Part shown: positions 1-9,937 of the stretch, one piece after another
Layout: every line of letters starts with the position of its first letter
Numbering within the stretch: the first letter of the stretch is position 1
DNA from: Candidatus Heimdallarchaeota archaeon
GTDB lineage: Archaea; Asgardarchaeota; Heimdallarchaeia; Hodarchaeales; Hodarchaeaceae
DNA length: 64,000 nt
Assembly: GCA_020353515.1 (NCBI GenBank)
Contig: CP070695.1
Span: forward strand, 756,957-820,956
Direction: 5' to 3'
Translations under genes and position numbers: made by a program
The notes under the pieces: generated by a model
What the model saw: only the letters and a program-made list of their open reading frames with translations
Told to the model about the DNA's origin: nothing
The model's database searches: none

Positions 1-1
1 T

Positions 2-841
2 CGCCAATCTCTTATAGAGAATATTCAACGTAGCTTTGCCATAAAGGGGGATGTCTGGATCCATCATGGGTATAATGTTCCTGAAGAAGATCCCCTTGTC
101 ATCGATGATGAAATAAAAAACATTCAATACCAAGATAAAATTATAGTTCCTGCAATTTTACATACTCTCGTCGATAAGGTCGGAGGAATGAGAACAACGA
201 GTATTGCAGCGATTTGCGGAATGAAAACACCAGAGCTATTATTGCTTCAAGACCCAGCCACTATGAATTTAGCAGTGATCTATAAAGAAAAGTTATGGAT
301 TACTGAAATCCTCTTAAAAGAAATTGATTTTCTCTATCCCTTACCCACTGAACGAACACAGGCTCTCACAGATACAGATCGAACAATGGTTGAGGTAACT
401 CAAGAAGACATCTCATTAGAGATAAATGGGCACCGAGCAAAAGGTGGCATTATTCAAGAGAAAATCTTCATCCCACTAGATTCATATTATCATCCTATCC
501 TAGGAGGAAGGGATCCCGCAGGACGGTTTAAATCCTCACTTCCAAGGCTCCCTGATTCTGGAGAACTCATCCTGATGATTTCTGACGCAATAACGAGCTC
601 AGCAAAGATGTATCTAGGTACAGTGAATGTACGGCTTGACGAGGGACGATTTGCACTAGAATATCCGCAAGAGGTTAACGTGGCAGGCTTAAAAATATAT
701 AGAAGATATTTAGATGTTATTGAAATTCGATCACCATCAAATCCACCACACACAGAGCTTCAACGGGTTAGTTTTCGGGTTTACCGAACTGAAATATCTC
801 GTCATTTAAAGAGTCTCATCAAAATACTCCATGTTGATTGA
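2..841 (+). CDS. Hypothetical protein, 5'-truncated by the window edge
   Basis: The frame of ORF 188..841 stays open back to position 2 (RQSLIENIQRSFAIKGDVWIHHG...), so the true start lies upstream; no family motif recognised. Confidence 0.7.
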   Translation, partial: RQSLIENIQRSFAIKGDVWIHHGYNVPEEDPLVIDDEIKNIQYQDKIIVPAILHTLVDKVGGMRTTSIAAICGMKTPELLLLQDPATMNLAVIYKEKLWITEILLKEIDFLYPLPTERTQALTDTDRTMVEVTQEDISLEINGHRAKGGIIQEKIFIPLDSYYHPILGGRDPAGRFKSSLPRLPDSGELILMISDAITSSAKMYLGTVNVRLDEGRFALEYPQEVNVAGLKIYRRYLDVIEIRSPSNPPHTELQRVSFRVYRTEISRHLKSLIKILHVD

Positions 842-1336
842 TTATTCTTTCCCTTCTTGATATTCGGTTACTAGTTTCTTTGCCTCTTCAATCCAGATAC
901 GTGTAAGCTGAAGCGTTTCTAAATCTCTTTGTTTTTTCGCTAAAGACTGTTTCCTTGTATCATATTCTGCCCGATTAATTCTTTCTAATAGGAAATCACG
1001 CTCAAGTTGTTCAATTTCAGCAGCAACTATTCCATCCATAGATTGAAAAAATTCTATCATTGCTATATTAATGGCATTAATCAACTCTAAACCAGGATCC
1101 GAGGCGAAATAAACGTAATGAGGTGTTGGAAAGGGGTCAACACTTCGTTCACAAAAATAATTTGTCAACAATAGTTTCAAGTGTTTTTCTACTGCTGGTC
1201 GTGAAATATTTAATTTGGAGGCTAGCTCTTGTGGGTTCAAAGGGGTTTCACTGATCAAATCAAGTATTTTCCGTCTCGTGGGATCAGCTAGAATCTTATG
1301 AAGAGATTCTATACGTTTTTCAAGCTCCTCACTCAC
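842..1336 (-). CDS. ArsR-family wHTH transcriptional regulator with C-terminal SHOCT-like helical motif
   Basis: LADPTRRKILDLI...QELASKLNISRPAVEKHLKLL is an ArsR HTH; C-terminal LERDFLLERINRAEYDTRKQSL. Confidence 0.85.
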   Translation of the reverse strand: MSEELEKRIESLHKILADPTRRKILDLISETPLNPQELASKLNISRPAVEKHLKLLLTNYFCERSVDPFPTPHYVYFASDPGLELINAINIAMIEFFQSMDGIVAAEIEQLERDFLLERINRAEYDTRKQSLAKKQRDLETLQLTRIWIEEAKKLVTEYQEGKE

Positions 1337-1588
1337 TTATTGGGCCTCACGAAGAATTCACACATGATCACTGTCTTTTACTGAGAAATCTGAGTATGAT
1401 TTTTAAAATACTCTGGATTAAAGTGAATTTACTAATGTTGGATTAGCTTTTAACTATGATTTAACTCATGGGTTTAATCAAATAACTTTATGGTTTTTTC
1501 TTTAAACCTGATTTTTTAGAACACTATTTAACTAGTTATTAATCTGTATTATCCAGAACTTTATTATTGTTATAAACCTTGTGAAAAG

Positions 1589-2434
1589 GTGAGTATGATG
1601 TCAAATAAAGAAATTGAAGACCTTAAAACCTTGATAAAAGCGTTAGATATACGTTTTAGAAATGAGGAGCTTTCACAAGAAGAATATGATGATTTAAAAG
1701 CAAAATACGAAGCTAAATTGAATGAAGAGATTAGTCTTGTTAAGGAAAAGAGTTTTTTGAAGAATATGTCTTATATTAGTATTTCTGGATCTGGAAAGGT
1801 TACCGACTCATATATAAAAATTTCTGGGGCAGGTAGGGTCGATGGTTGGAAGGGTGGATCTATTGCAATTTCAGGGTCAGGAAAAATATCTGATGAAGAA
1901 ATTAAAGTTAGTGGTTCTGCTTCCCTTCCTGGAAATTTACAGACCCATACTTTAAAGGCTTCTGGTTCAGTTAAGGCTGATGGTCCGATTGAAACTACAA
2001 TTTTCAAATGTTCAGGATCATGCAATATCAAAGGGGATTTAATTGCACACGAAACGTTTGTCATCTCTGGTTCAGGTAAAATTACTGCTGATGTTAAAGC
2101 AGGGGATATTTCATCAAGTGGGGTCTTAGGAGTCTCTGGTGAAATTCAATGTGTTAATGCTGAGCTGAATGGAGGGTACAAAATTGGTGGAAACGTGAAT
2201 TGTCAAGAATCATTTATTTCTGAAATAAATGCGAAGTGTAGTATTAACGGAGATTTAATTTGTGGTGGAGATGTCCATATTGAGCAATCAACTCATCGTG
2301 GTCAGCTCCAAGTAGACCAAATTCTTGCGGAAGGAGATATCTACCTTGAAGGGGTTTCAGCTCGTTATGTTCGTGGTAAGACAGTCAAACTTGGTCCTGA
2401 TTGCCAAGTTGAGAATGTCGAGGAAAAAGGCTAA
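1589..2434 (+). CDS. Bactofilin-like (polymer-forming) beta-helical protein with N-terminal SHOCT-like motif
   Basis: Repeated (I/V)SGSG(K/S)(I/V) units typical of right-handed beta-helices; ends ...RGKTVKLGPDCQVENVE as in YhbE/YhbF-type proteins; N-terminal LDIRFRNEELSQEEYDDLKAKY. Confidence 0.7.
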   Translation: MSMMSNKEIEDLKTLIKALDIRFRNEELSQEEYDDLKAKYEAKLNEEISLVKEKSFLKNMSYISISGSGKVTDSYIKISGAGRVDGWKGGSIAISGSGKISDEEIKVSGSASLPGNLQTHTLKASGSVKADGPIETTIFKCSGSCNIKGDLIAHETFVISGSGKITADVKAGDISSSGVLGVSGEIQCVNAELNGGYKIGGNVNCQESFISEINAKCSINGDLICGGDVHIEQSTHRGQLQVDQILAEGDIYLEGVSARYVRGKTVKLGPDCQVENVEEKG

Positions 2435-2449
2435 TCTACTATCAAATAT

Positions 2450-3280
2450 TTGGGGTGGTTGGGAAAAAAATTGAGCTTGATTCCCCCATTTTCTTCCTTT
2501 TTATCTGATCAAACTACTCCTTCCGTCCTATGGTGTTATACGGGTGGTGGCCATTTTTATAAGGAAATCTTTGACCAGCTTAGAAAAGCAAATCGTGAAT
2601 CTATACCTATATGTATTATTTTCTCAAATGCTGGGGCTCTTGTAGCGAATAGGTATGGTTTTTTCTGGAAAATAATACAATCTGATTGTAGAAAGAAATA
2701 CATCCACTTCATGTTTGAGGATCTTGTTGCTCAATATAATATCAAGGATATGCTTCAGGAAACCGATTTTTCCTATTCAATTCTTTCAAAAGATCCTACA
2801 TTTTCTGTGGCAATGTCTCTTGCCAATAGTGAGATTAGATGCATTATAGCATGTCCTTTAACTGCTAATTCAGCTTCAAAGTTAGTCTTGGGTATTACTG
2901 ATTCTATGATCTCCAATCTATTATCCACTGGGTTGAAATCTGGAAAAAGAATAGGAATTTTACCAACTGATGCTACGCAACAGCGAATAAAGACAAAATT
3001 ACCAATAAAACAGATTAATTTCGCTTCATCTAATCAAATTGACATTGCTGTCTGTAAATTCAATGCGCTGAAAGAAACCCCTGGAAATAAAGTCCAATTC
3101 ATCCCTCAGTATTGCGTAGGCTGTCAGGCTTGCGTTAAAAAATACCCAAATATTTTTTCATATGGGGATGAGATTGATGTACAAATTAGGGACGTCGATT
3201 TCCAAAATATTCAGAAATTAAGTACAGAATTAACTGTATTTCAGTCACCTGATGAAATACTTCCCTTCATAAAGCACTAA
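2450..3280 (+). CDS. Archaeal flavoprotein (AfpA/DmrX-like, HFCD family) with degenerate ferredoxin insert
   Basis: WCYTGGGHF and CPLTANSASKLVLGITDSMISN match Flavoprotein-family motifs (GxTGxG; PxTANTxAKxxxGIxD); insert carries CVGCQAC. Confidence 0.75.
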   Translation: MGWLGKKLSLIPPFSSFLSDQTTPSVLWCYTGGGHFYKEIFDQLRKANRESIPICIIFSNAGALVANRYGFFWKIIQSDCRKKYIHFMFEDLVAQYNIKDMLQETDFSYSILSKDPTFSVAMSLANSEIRCIIACPLTANSASKLVLGITDSMISNLLSTGLKSGKRIGILPTDATQQRIKTKLPIKQINFASSNQIDIAVCKFNALKETPGNKVQFIPQYCVGCQACVKKYPNIFSYGDEIDVQIRDVDFQNIQKLSTELTVFQSPDEILPFIKH

Positions 3281-3310
3281 CGTCAATATAACTGAATTAC
3301 TTTCTTTTAG

Positions 3311-3868
3311 TTATCTTGCTGTTTGGGCTGCTTTATATGCTTCAATATATTGTTTAATTGACCGTCCTAATTCTGAGAAAGCTTCTGTGACGTTAAGTCC
3401 AGATTTAGCTGAAGTGTTAAGATAAGAAATTTTGAATGGAACCCCAGATACCTCTCTTTGAGAGGTTTCTACAAATTTTGTTAATTCTTCTTGGTCTATA
3501 GCATTGGGCAAATCAGACTTATTTCCTAGGATTATATACGGAATTTGCCGTCCTACATTCGTAAAAAGCTCCCGTTTCCAATTTCCAAGGGTATATAAGC
3601 TCTCTGGCCGAGTTCGATCAAAGACTAAGATGGCTCCGTGTGATCCTTTGTAATAAAGAGCTCTTACTGCTTCAAATCTTTGTTGCCCTGCTAGATCCCA
3701 GATTTGAAACTTGTATTGCATTCCATCAATTTCAAGATTCTGAACTGCGAAATCTGCACCGATAGTCAGTATATATCCACTTTGAAACCCCTTTCCTAGA
3801 AATCTCTCTCGTAAAGAGGTTTTCCCCACTCCACCATCTCCTAACAAGCAAATTTTGTACAATGGCAC
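3311..3868 (-). CDS. Rab/Ras-like small GTPase
   Basis: G1 GDGGVGKT, TIGADF, G3 WDLAGQ, G4 NKSD, G5 SAK; no C-terminal Cys prenylation motif. Confidence 0.95.
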   Translation of the reverse strand: MPLYKICLLGDGGVGKTSLRERFLGKGFQSGYILTIGADFAVQNLEIDGMQYKFQIWDLAGQQRFEAVRALYYKGSHGAILVFDRTRPESLYTLGNWKRELFTNVGRQIPYIILGNKSDLPNAIDQEELTKFVETSQREVSGVPFKISYLNTSAKSGLNVTEAFSELGRSIKQYIEAYKAAQTAR

Positions 3869-4195
3869 CGTGAAATCCTCAGATTCTGTTATACTTCGTG
3901 ATCTCTTCTTTGATTACTCGTATTAAAGATCCTCTTTTAATCATATTGGGAAGTACTTTCATTTATCCTTTAAAATCTGATCAAACTAGAAGCCACAATT
4001 GTTTAATCACTTTAAAACTTATTATGAAGTCTAAACTTTGTACGTAAAATAATCTGGTTCTACTATATATTTTATATTCAAAACAATATAGCCTCTTATT
4101 TATTTTTATGATTGTCTAAGAAAATCTTCCGGAAGTAGTTAAGGAGAACAGTAATGAAAACGATCTTCGGTGTGGCACTTCAAAGAAAAAGTAAA

Positions 4196-5671
4196 CTATG
4201 GGGAGAATTTTTTTATCATATGATTTTTCAACTGGAAGAGTTTTTCTGTTAAACTAACCTTATAAATATGGGGATTTAGTAATCGTTTGAATGTTGGATC
4301 TAAACCAAGTAATTGTTCCTTACAATATTTTTGAGCAGTTTTCCAATCACCAAAGTTTTCTTCTATCACGATTTTATTGGTTTTCATAAGTAAATGATGT
4401 GAATGTTTAACTTTTATATCATCTGGGAGACGAAATTTCTTTTGATGTTCAATAGGATGGTGGATCCAGTCACCTGTCGTAGGTATTTCTTCATCATGTA
4501 GTCCTATGATATCTGCAAGAAATTTCCTATTACTATCATGGATTCTCCAGACCTTCTTGATACCTGGATTTATAGTTTTTGTTATATTTTCACTTACTTT
4601 GATTCTAGGCTCTCTATCTAAAGCAACTAGCTTGTACACTCCTCCCAAAGCACTTTGTTGGCCACCTGTTATTAATTTTGTACCAACACCATAAGTTAAT
4701 CGAGAAATAGTTTCTTTATGAAGATTTTCTTCTTTATTGTTACCTCCTCTTTCTAAAATTTGATAGACAATAGAATTAATCGTGAATTCGTCTAATTCAT
4801 TGGAAAGTACAATACTGATGTTGGGAAACCCTGCTTTCTTAAACTCGCGATAAACCTCAACTGATAAGTATGCTAGATCTCCAGAGTCAATTCTTACTCC
4901 TACTATTTCTTTTCCTTTCTCTCGTAGTAATTTTGCCACTTCGATAGCATGAGGGAGGCCTGATTTTAACACATCATATGTGTCAATTAAGAGTAAGCAT
5001 TTATCAGGAAATACTTCAGCATATGCCTTGAAAGATTCTAATTCTGAATCAAACGTTTGAACCCATGAATGAGCTTGGGTACCGATTATTGGACAATTCC
5101 AAATTTTCCCCCCCTGAACAAATGATGTTCCTATACAACCCCCAACAAGAGCTGCACGTACTCCAATATAAGCGCTGTCTCCTTGTGCTCTTCTCAATCC
5201 AAATTCTACAATCTTTCCTCCTTTTGCAACATTGACTATTCGTGCAGCTTTAGTCGCTATTAAGGTTGAATAATTGATAATATTAAGGAGACCTGTCTCA
5301 ACTAATTGTGTTTCGATGATAGGACCTGTTACAGAGATTATTGGTGTGTAAGGGAATATTACTGAACCTTCTTTCACCCCCTCAACTTTGCCCGTAAATT
5401 TAAGGTTCAATAAGTACTCTAAAAAATCTTCTGAAAACAAGTCTTGCTCTCTTAGGTAACTAATGTCATTTTCAGTAAATTTGAAGTTCATAAGATATTC
5501 TAGCGCAAGTTGAATCCCACATGCAATCGTATAACCCCCATTAAAAGGATTCGATCTAAAAAAGAGATCAAAAGTTGCTACGTGGTTTTTCATATTCATA
5601 TCGAAATACCCTTGACTCATAGTCAGCTGGTACAAATCTGTAAAGAGAGCACGATCCTTTTTATAGAGCAT
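4196..5671 (-). CDS. pncB: Nicotinate phosphoribosyltransferase
   Basis: TDLYQLTM, EFGLRRAQG, GTQAHSW, LIDTYD, RIDSGDL, GGVYKLV motifs. Confidence 0.95.
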   Translation of the reverse strand: MLYKKDRALFTDLYQLTMSQGYFDMNMKNHVATFDLFFRSNPFNGGYTIACGIQLALEYLMNFKFTENDISYLREQDLFSEDFLEYLLNLKFTGKVEGVKEGSVIFPYTPIISVTGPIIETQLVETGLLNIINYSTLIATKAARIVNVAKGGKIVEFGLRRAQGDSAYIGVRAALVGGCIGTSFVQGGKIWNCPIIGTQAHSWVQTFDSELESFKAYAEVFPDKCLLLIDTYDVLKSGLPHAIEVAKLLREKGKEIVGVRIDSGDLAYLSVEVYREFKKAGFPNISIVLSNELDEFTINSIVYQILERGGNNKEENLHKETISRLTYGVGTKLITGGQQSALGGVYKLVALDREPRIKVSENITKTINPGIKKVWRIHDSNRKFLADIIGLHDEEIPTTGDWIHHPIEHQKKFRLPDDIKVKHSHHLLMKTNKIVIEENFGDWKTAQKYCKEQLLGLDPTFKRLLNPHIYKVSLTEKLFQLKNHMIKKFSP

Positions 5672-5849
5672 TTATCGTCAACGCCTTGGAAAATAGGAAA
5701 TGAACTTTTTTGATATGTATTTTCTAATTTTCCTCAATCTTTAGATATTTGTCTAATTTTCCAAAACTCCTGTTGTTAATGAAAAATTTTTTTTCGGATA
5801 GAAATAAGTTCTTAAGACAACTAAATTAATAAGATTAGACTTACAACCC

Positions 5850-6542
5850 ATGAAGTGGCGAATTAGAATGCAAATTGAAGAAGTTCCCCTAGCAGGATTT
5901 GTGAAAATTACCAATAAAGACGCTCTTCTCGTATTAGATATGCAAAACGACTTTTTACCAGGTGGAGCTTTACCTGTTATTGATGGTGATAAGATAATTG
6001 ATGGAATTAACAATCTTGCGGATAAGTTTCATCAAAATGAGTATCCCATTATATTTACACAAGATTGGCATCCTAAAGATCATCAGTCTTTTGCTAGTGC
6101 TCATGGTAAGAATCCTTATGATCTATTCGAAGCTCCAGGAATAGGGCCAATTTTATGGCCAGATCATTGTGTCCAAGGGACTCATGGTGCAAATTTTGCT
6201 CCTAGGATACAAACTGTAAAAGCCACTTTGATTCTGAGAAAAGGGTTCCATAAAACTATTGATTCTTATTCCGCGTTTTTGGAGAATGACAAAAATACAG
6301 AAACGGGCCTTAGAACATATCTAGAAGCGATTGGCATTGAAAGAGTGTTCGTATGTGGATTAGCTATGGATTATTGTGTCTATTACTCCGCAATTGATGC
6401 CAAAAATTATGGATTCGATGTTGTTTACGTATTAGATCTGACAAAACCTGTCAATTCTCCTGAAAATAGTGTGTCAAACGCTTTACAAAGAATGGTAGAC
6501 CAAAAAATAATATTTGTTACTTCAGATCAGGTTTTAGAGTAA
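5850..6542 (+). CDS. pncA: Nicotinamidase/pyrazinamidase
   Basis: DMQNDFLPGGAL, DWHP, WPDHCVQGT, RKG...DSYSAF, GLAMDYCV; divergent from pncB. Confidence 0.95.
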   Translation: MKWRIRMQIEEVPLAGFVKITNKDALLVLDMQNDFLPGGALPVIDGDKIIDGINNLADKFHQNEYPIIFTQDWHPKDHQSFASAHGKNPYDLFEAPGIGPILWPDHCVQGTHGANFAPRIQTVKATLILRKGFHKTIDSYSAFLENDKNTETGLRTYLEAIGIERVFVCGLAMDYCVYYSAIDAKNYGFDVVYVLDLTKPVNSPENSVSNALQRMVDQKIIFVTSDQVLE

Positions 6543-6561
6543 ATTTGAACTATTGTTGTTT

Positions 6562-7188
6562 TTATTCCATAGGATGGGTAGGTTGTGAACCGAAATGATC
6601 ACGAACTAGTCTGATTAACAGTATAATTGCAATCGAGATTGAAATTCCCAATGTGCCAAACTCTCCAGTCCCCAGTTCAATGTAAAAGTAATTTGCTAAT
6701 AGTAAAATTCCCCATGAGATTGATAAGACAATCCATACTAAGAGTATAAAAGAATTAAACTGGATTTGAAATGTTTTCATAAGTTTTTGAATTTCAATAC
6801 TGTTTGATAGATATGTTGAGTATTCTTGATCCAATTGATTATATTTATAGGCGATATACCATATTTCATAGAATGACCACGTTAATATAACACCAAGAGC
6901 TAGTAGGTACGGATTTTGGAGATAAAAGAGAAGTCCACATGAGAAAAGAGCAGTTATCAAGAGGCGTAATTCTATTTTAAATTTTACAATCCCATAAACT
7001 GCTATTAATCCAAGAAGAATTATTAGAATAACAGAGAACATGTAAATTCCAAGGTAACGTGCAAAATAAGAAGATAGATAAGAGAAGAAAAGAAGAGAGA
7101 TAGCTAGAAGAAGAGGGATTAATGAAAAAACAACAAAACAAAATATCATAAAAAGACGAATACTCCATAATATATATCGTATTTTCAT
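6562..7188 (-). CDS. Multi-pass membrane protein, last gene of the MoxR operon
   Basis: About 6 hydrophobic segments; 4-bp overlap with the DUF58 gene. Confidence 0.7.
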   Translation of the reverse strand: MKIRYILWSIRLFMIFCFVVFSLIPLLLAISLLFFSYLSSYFARYLGIYMFSVILIILLGLIAVYGIVKFKIELRLLITALFSCGLLFYLQNPYLLALGVILTWSFYEIWYIAYKYNQLDQEYSTYLSNSIEIQKLMKTFQIQFNSFILLVWIVLSISWGILLLANYFYIELGTGEFGTLGISISIAIILLIRLVRDHFGSQPTHPME

Positions 7189-8456
7189 TTTGTAATTCTC
7201 ATTTTAATTGCTTCATATTTGGGCCCATGTGGAAACCAGTGGATCTGTTTCAATCCTAATTTGGCTATTTTATTTAACATATAACCTCGATCAAGAGATA
7301 CGAGAGCGTCTGCTATTCGAGAAGCTTCTGAAGATTCAGATTCTACCTCAAAATCAGTTTCTAGGCGAGGAATAATTAACGTAATCTCGTGCCCCCTCTG
7401 GACTAATTCGTGGAGAAAATCCATGATGATACGATTATAAAGTGGACTGATAAAAAAAATCTGAGAGAAAGAATTCAAAGATGGTAAGAGTCTTTTAGTT
7501 AAGCGGGGGTATAATGTGTCTTTAAATAGAGGATTAGAACACTCAACATCGATAAGGAATTCATTTATCCTGAGAAGCTGCCGTTTTCCTGGTGCTGCAG
7601 GGATTTCTTTAATAAATTCACCAATACCGAAAAATGCTATTTTATTTCGTTGAGAGATAAGATACTCTGAAGTGGATAGTGCACTCATCACTCCTTCCTC
7701 AAGTACACGTATTGTAGAGTCAGTGTGGTCAAAAAGTACAAACACCTGTGCTGATTGATCTAATGCGAACTCATTTGTTGCTAGCTTGTTAAACTTCGCT
7801 GTGACTCGCCAGTTGATTGTTCGAAATTCATCAGCTTCTTGATGGTCTCGAACTCCTTGAAAATCAAAGTCACGGCCTTTATAGATGAGGCTAGGGATAT
7901 GTCCTGTTTCTGGTAATAGTCTTTGTCGTGACATTGGTAAGAATTTCAATTTGATCAACGGTGGAACAACATCAAATGAGCTGAAAACTGGATATTCAAT
8001 TGTGTGAGAATGAAAATTAAAGAAATCGGCTCCACGGACAAGGACTGGTCCTATTTTATAACGTCCCCGTTTATGACCTTGAATTGCATATGAAAATGTG
8101 ATACTTTCTTCTTCATTAAGCTCTGAAATCCAGTGATTAGATCCTTCATTCACTGTACATTCATTAGGTATTAAATCAACTATTTCTAGGACAGGAATCC
8201 GTTTTCCTTTATTTTCAATTCTTATATTAACATAGATAAGCTCTCCCTTTGTCTCTATCTTATTCCGAGAGATACTACGTTCTATTATGAGATGATGAAC
8301 GTCAATTTCTTCTGAAGTGAGACAAAAGAAGAAAACAATAAGAATAGGAAGAATTGCTCCTACTAATGTCCAAACTTGTAAGATAATAGCTAAAACTAGG
8401 AGAGATAAAGCCAAATTGAGTAGATTTAACAGCTTATAACTTCTTTTCAGATACAA
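7185..8456 (-). CDS. DUF58 domain protein (MoxR-associated)
   Basis: N-terminal TM, RGRYKIGP, DFQGVRDH...FRTINWRVTAK, VFVLFD. Confidence 0.9.
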   Translation of the reverse strand: MYLKRSYKLLNLLNLALSLLVLAIILQVWTLVGAILPILIVFFFCLTSEEIDVHHLIIERSISRNKIETKGELIYVNIRIENKGKRIPVLEIVDLIPNECTVNEGSNHWISELNEEESITFSYAIQGHKRGRYKIGPVLVRGADFFNFHSHTIEYPVFSSFDVVPPLIKLKFLPMSRQRLLPETGHIPSLIYKGRDFDFQGVRDHQEADEFRTINWRVTAKFNKLATNEFALDQSAQVFVLFDHTDSTIRVLEEGVMSALSTSEYLISQRNKIAFFGIGEFIKEIPAAPGKRQLLRINEFLIDVECSNPLFKDTLYPRLTKRLLPSLNSFSQIFFISPLYNRIIMDFLHELVQRGHEITLIIPRLETDFEVESESSEASRIADALVSLDRGYMLNKIAKLGLKQIHWFPHGPKYEAIKMRITK

Positions 8457-8491
8457 CCCACCATACTCTACATTTCATTGTTGGATCAATT

Positions 8492-9460
8492 TTATTCACG
8501 CCTGGGTGCTTTGACTTCTTCTAGAATCTTTTCAACAATCACTTCAGATGAAGTCCCTGATAACCAAGAACTGATCTCGAGTATTATTCTATGAGCTAAT
8601 GTAATAGATGCAAGCTCTTTAACATCTTGTGGGATGACATAATCCCGACCATTTAATGCCGCGTTGGCTCGTGATATAGCCATTAGGTCTAACGATCCTC
8701 GAGGCGATGATCCAACCTTAACTGACTCTAATTCACGGGTTCGTGTGACAATCTCGACAATATATTCTTTAATTTCCTCGGAAACATGAACTTCCTCAAT
8801 TGAACGCTGCATCTCATAAAAAGTAGGTCGGTCAGTTATCTTGGAAACATCAAAACTTTTTTTCTTCCGATTAATTCGATTTGATAATATTACTTTTTCC
8901 GCTTCTTTTGAAGGATAACCAATTCGGATCATTGCGAGAAATCGGTCAATTTGAGCTTCAGGTAATGCAAATGTTCCTTCGAGTTCCAACGGATTTTGTG
9001 TTGCAACAACTAAAAATGGTTTATTTTTAGATAAAGGATATGTAATCCCTCCAACAGTTACTTGATACTCACCCATTGCCTCTAGTAAGGCACTTTGAGT
9101 TTTAGGTGTGGCTCGATTAATTTCATCAGTAAGAATGATGTCCGAAAAAATGGGTCCTGGTTTAAACTCAAAATCATTCGTTTTCTGATTGTAAATCTCT
9201 GAACCAGTTAGATCCTGAGGTAATAAATCAGGAGTAAATTGGATCCGATTAAAATCACAACCTAGTGCTGTTGCAAATGATCTGCAAATCATAGTTTTCG
9301 CTAAACCAGGGTAATCTTCAAAGAGAATATGTCCATCAGCTAGAAATGCTAGGATTACTTTCCGAAGAACATCATTTTTACCAATAATGTGTCGAGAAAC
9401 TTCAGTTAAGATTTCATTACATATTTTTGAGGTTTCATCTATCTGCATAGCTGGAATCAC
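8492..9460 (-). CDS. moxR: MoxR-family AAA+ ATPase
   Basis: GHILFEDYPGLAKT, RIQFTPDLLPQD, DEINRATPKTQSALLEAM, ATQNP, LPEAQIDRF, GSSPRG. Confidence 0.95.
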   Translation of the reverse strand: MIPAMQIDETSKICNEILTEVSRHIIGKNDVLRKVILAFLADGHILFEDYPGLAKTMICRSFATALGCDFNRIQFTPDLLPQDLTGSEIYNQKTNDFEFKPGPIFSDIILTDEINRATPKTQSALLEAMGEYQVTVGGITYPLSKNKPFLVVATQNPLELEGTFALPEAQIDRFLAMIRIGYPSKEAEKVILSNRINRKKKSFDVSKITDRPTFYEMQRSIEEVHVSEEIKEYIVEIVTRTRELESVKVGSSPRGSLDLMAISRANAALNGRDYVIPQDVKELASITLAHRIILEISSWLSGTSSEVIVEKILEEVKAPRRE

Positions 9461-9936
9461 TCCATTTCAGAAATCAATGTGATGCCTAGTAGTTGTTGGA
9501 CTTCATCTATGGTTTGGAAATAGCGTTTAGAAAGTCCTTTTCTTTGGGATCGTTCAGAAAGACCAATAAGATTCAATTGAAGATCGAACCATTCGTCAGG
9601 ATCGGATAGGAGGAGTTCTAGGTTTTCACTAAGATTTTTACTATCACTACTTTCTGTCGTATTATCACTGAGTTCCATATAGTCTTTAATCAATTGAGAT
9701 AATAAAAAAGCAATTTTTTTCTGTTGTCTTGGATAGAAACTTGACGTAAGTCGAAAAAAATCATTAAAAGATTCACTGTGAGGTCGTGGGGGATTTTTAT
9801 ATTCTATTCTCGATTTCTCGAAGTTATAAGTCTTTTGTTTCATTCGTTTTAGTCTGTACGAGTTTATCGCCCAAATTGTAAGAAAAATTACTAAAATAAG
9901 CAAAATAATATACATAAAAAGATATAGTCCATCCAT
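9457..9936 (-). CDS. Single-TM hypothetical protein in the MoxR operon
   Basis: N-terminal hydrophobic helix; 4-bp overlap with moxR. Confidence 0.7.
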   Translation of the reverse strand: MDGLYLFMYIILLILVIFLTIWAINSYRLKRMKQKTYNFEKSRIEYKNPPRPHSESFNDFFRLTSSFYPRQQKKIAFLLSQLIKDYMELSDNTTESSDSKNLSENLELLLSDPDEWFDLQLNLIGLSERSQRKGLSKRYFQTIDEVQQLLGITLISEME

Positions 9937-9937
9937 C

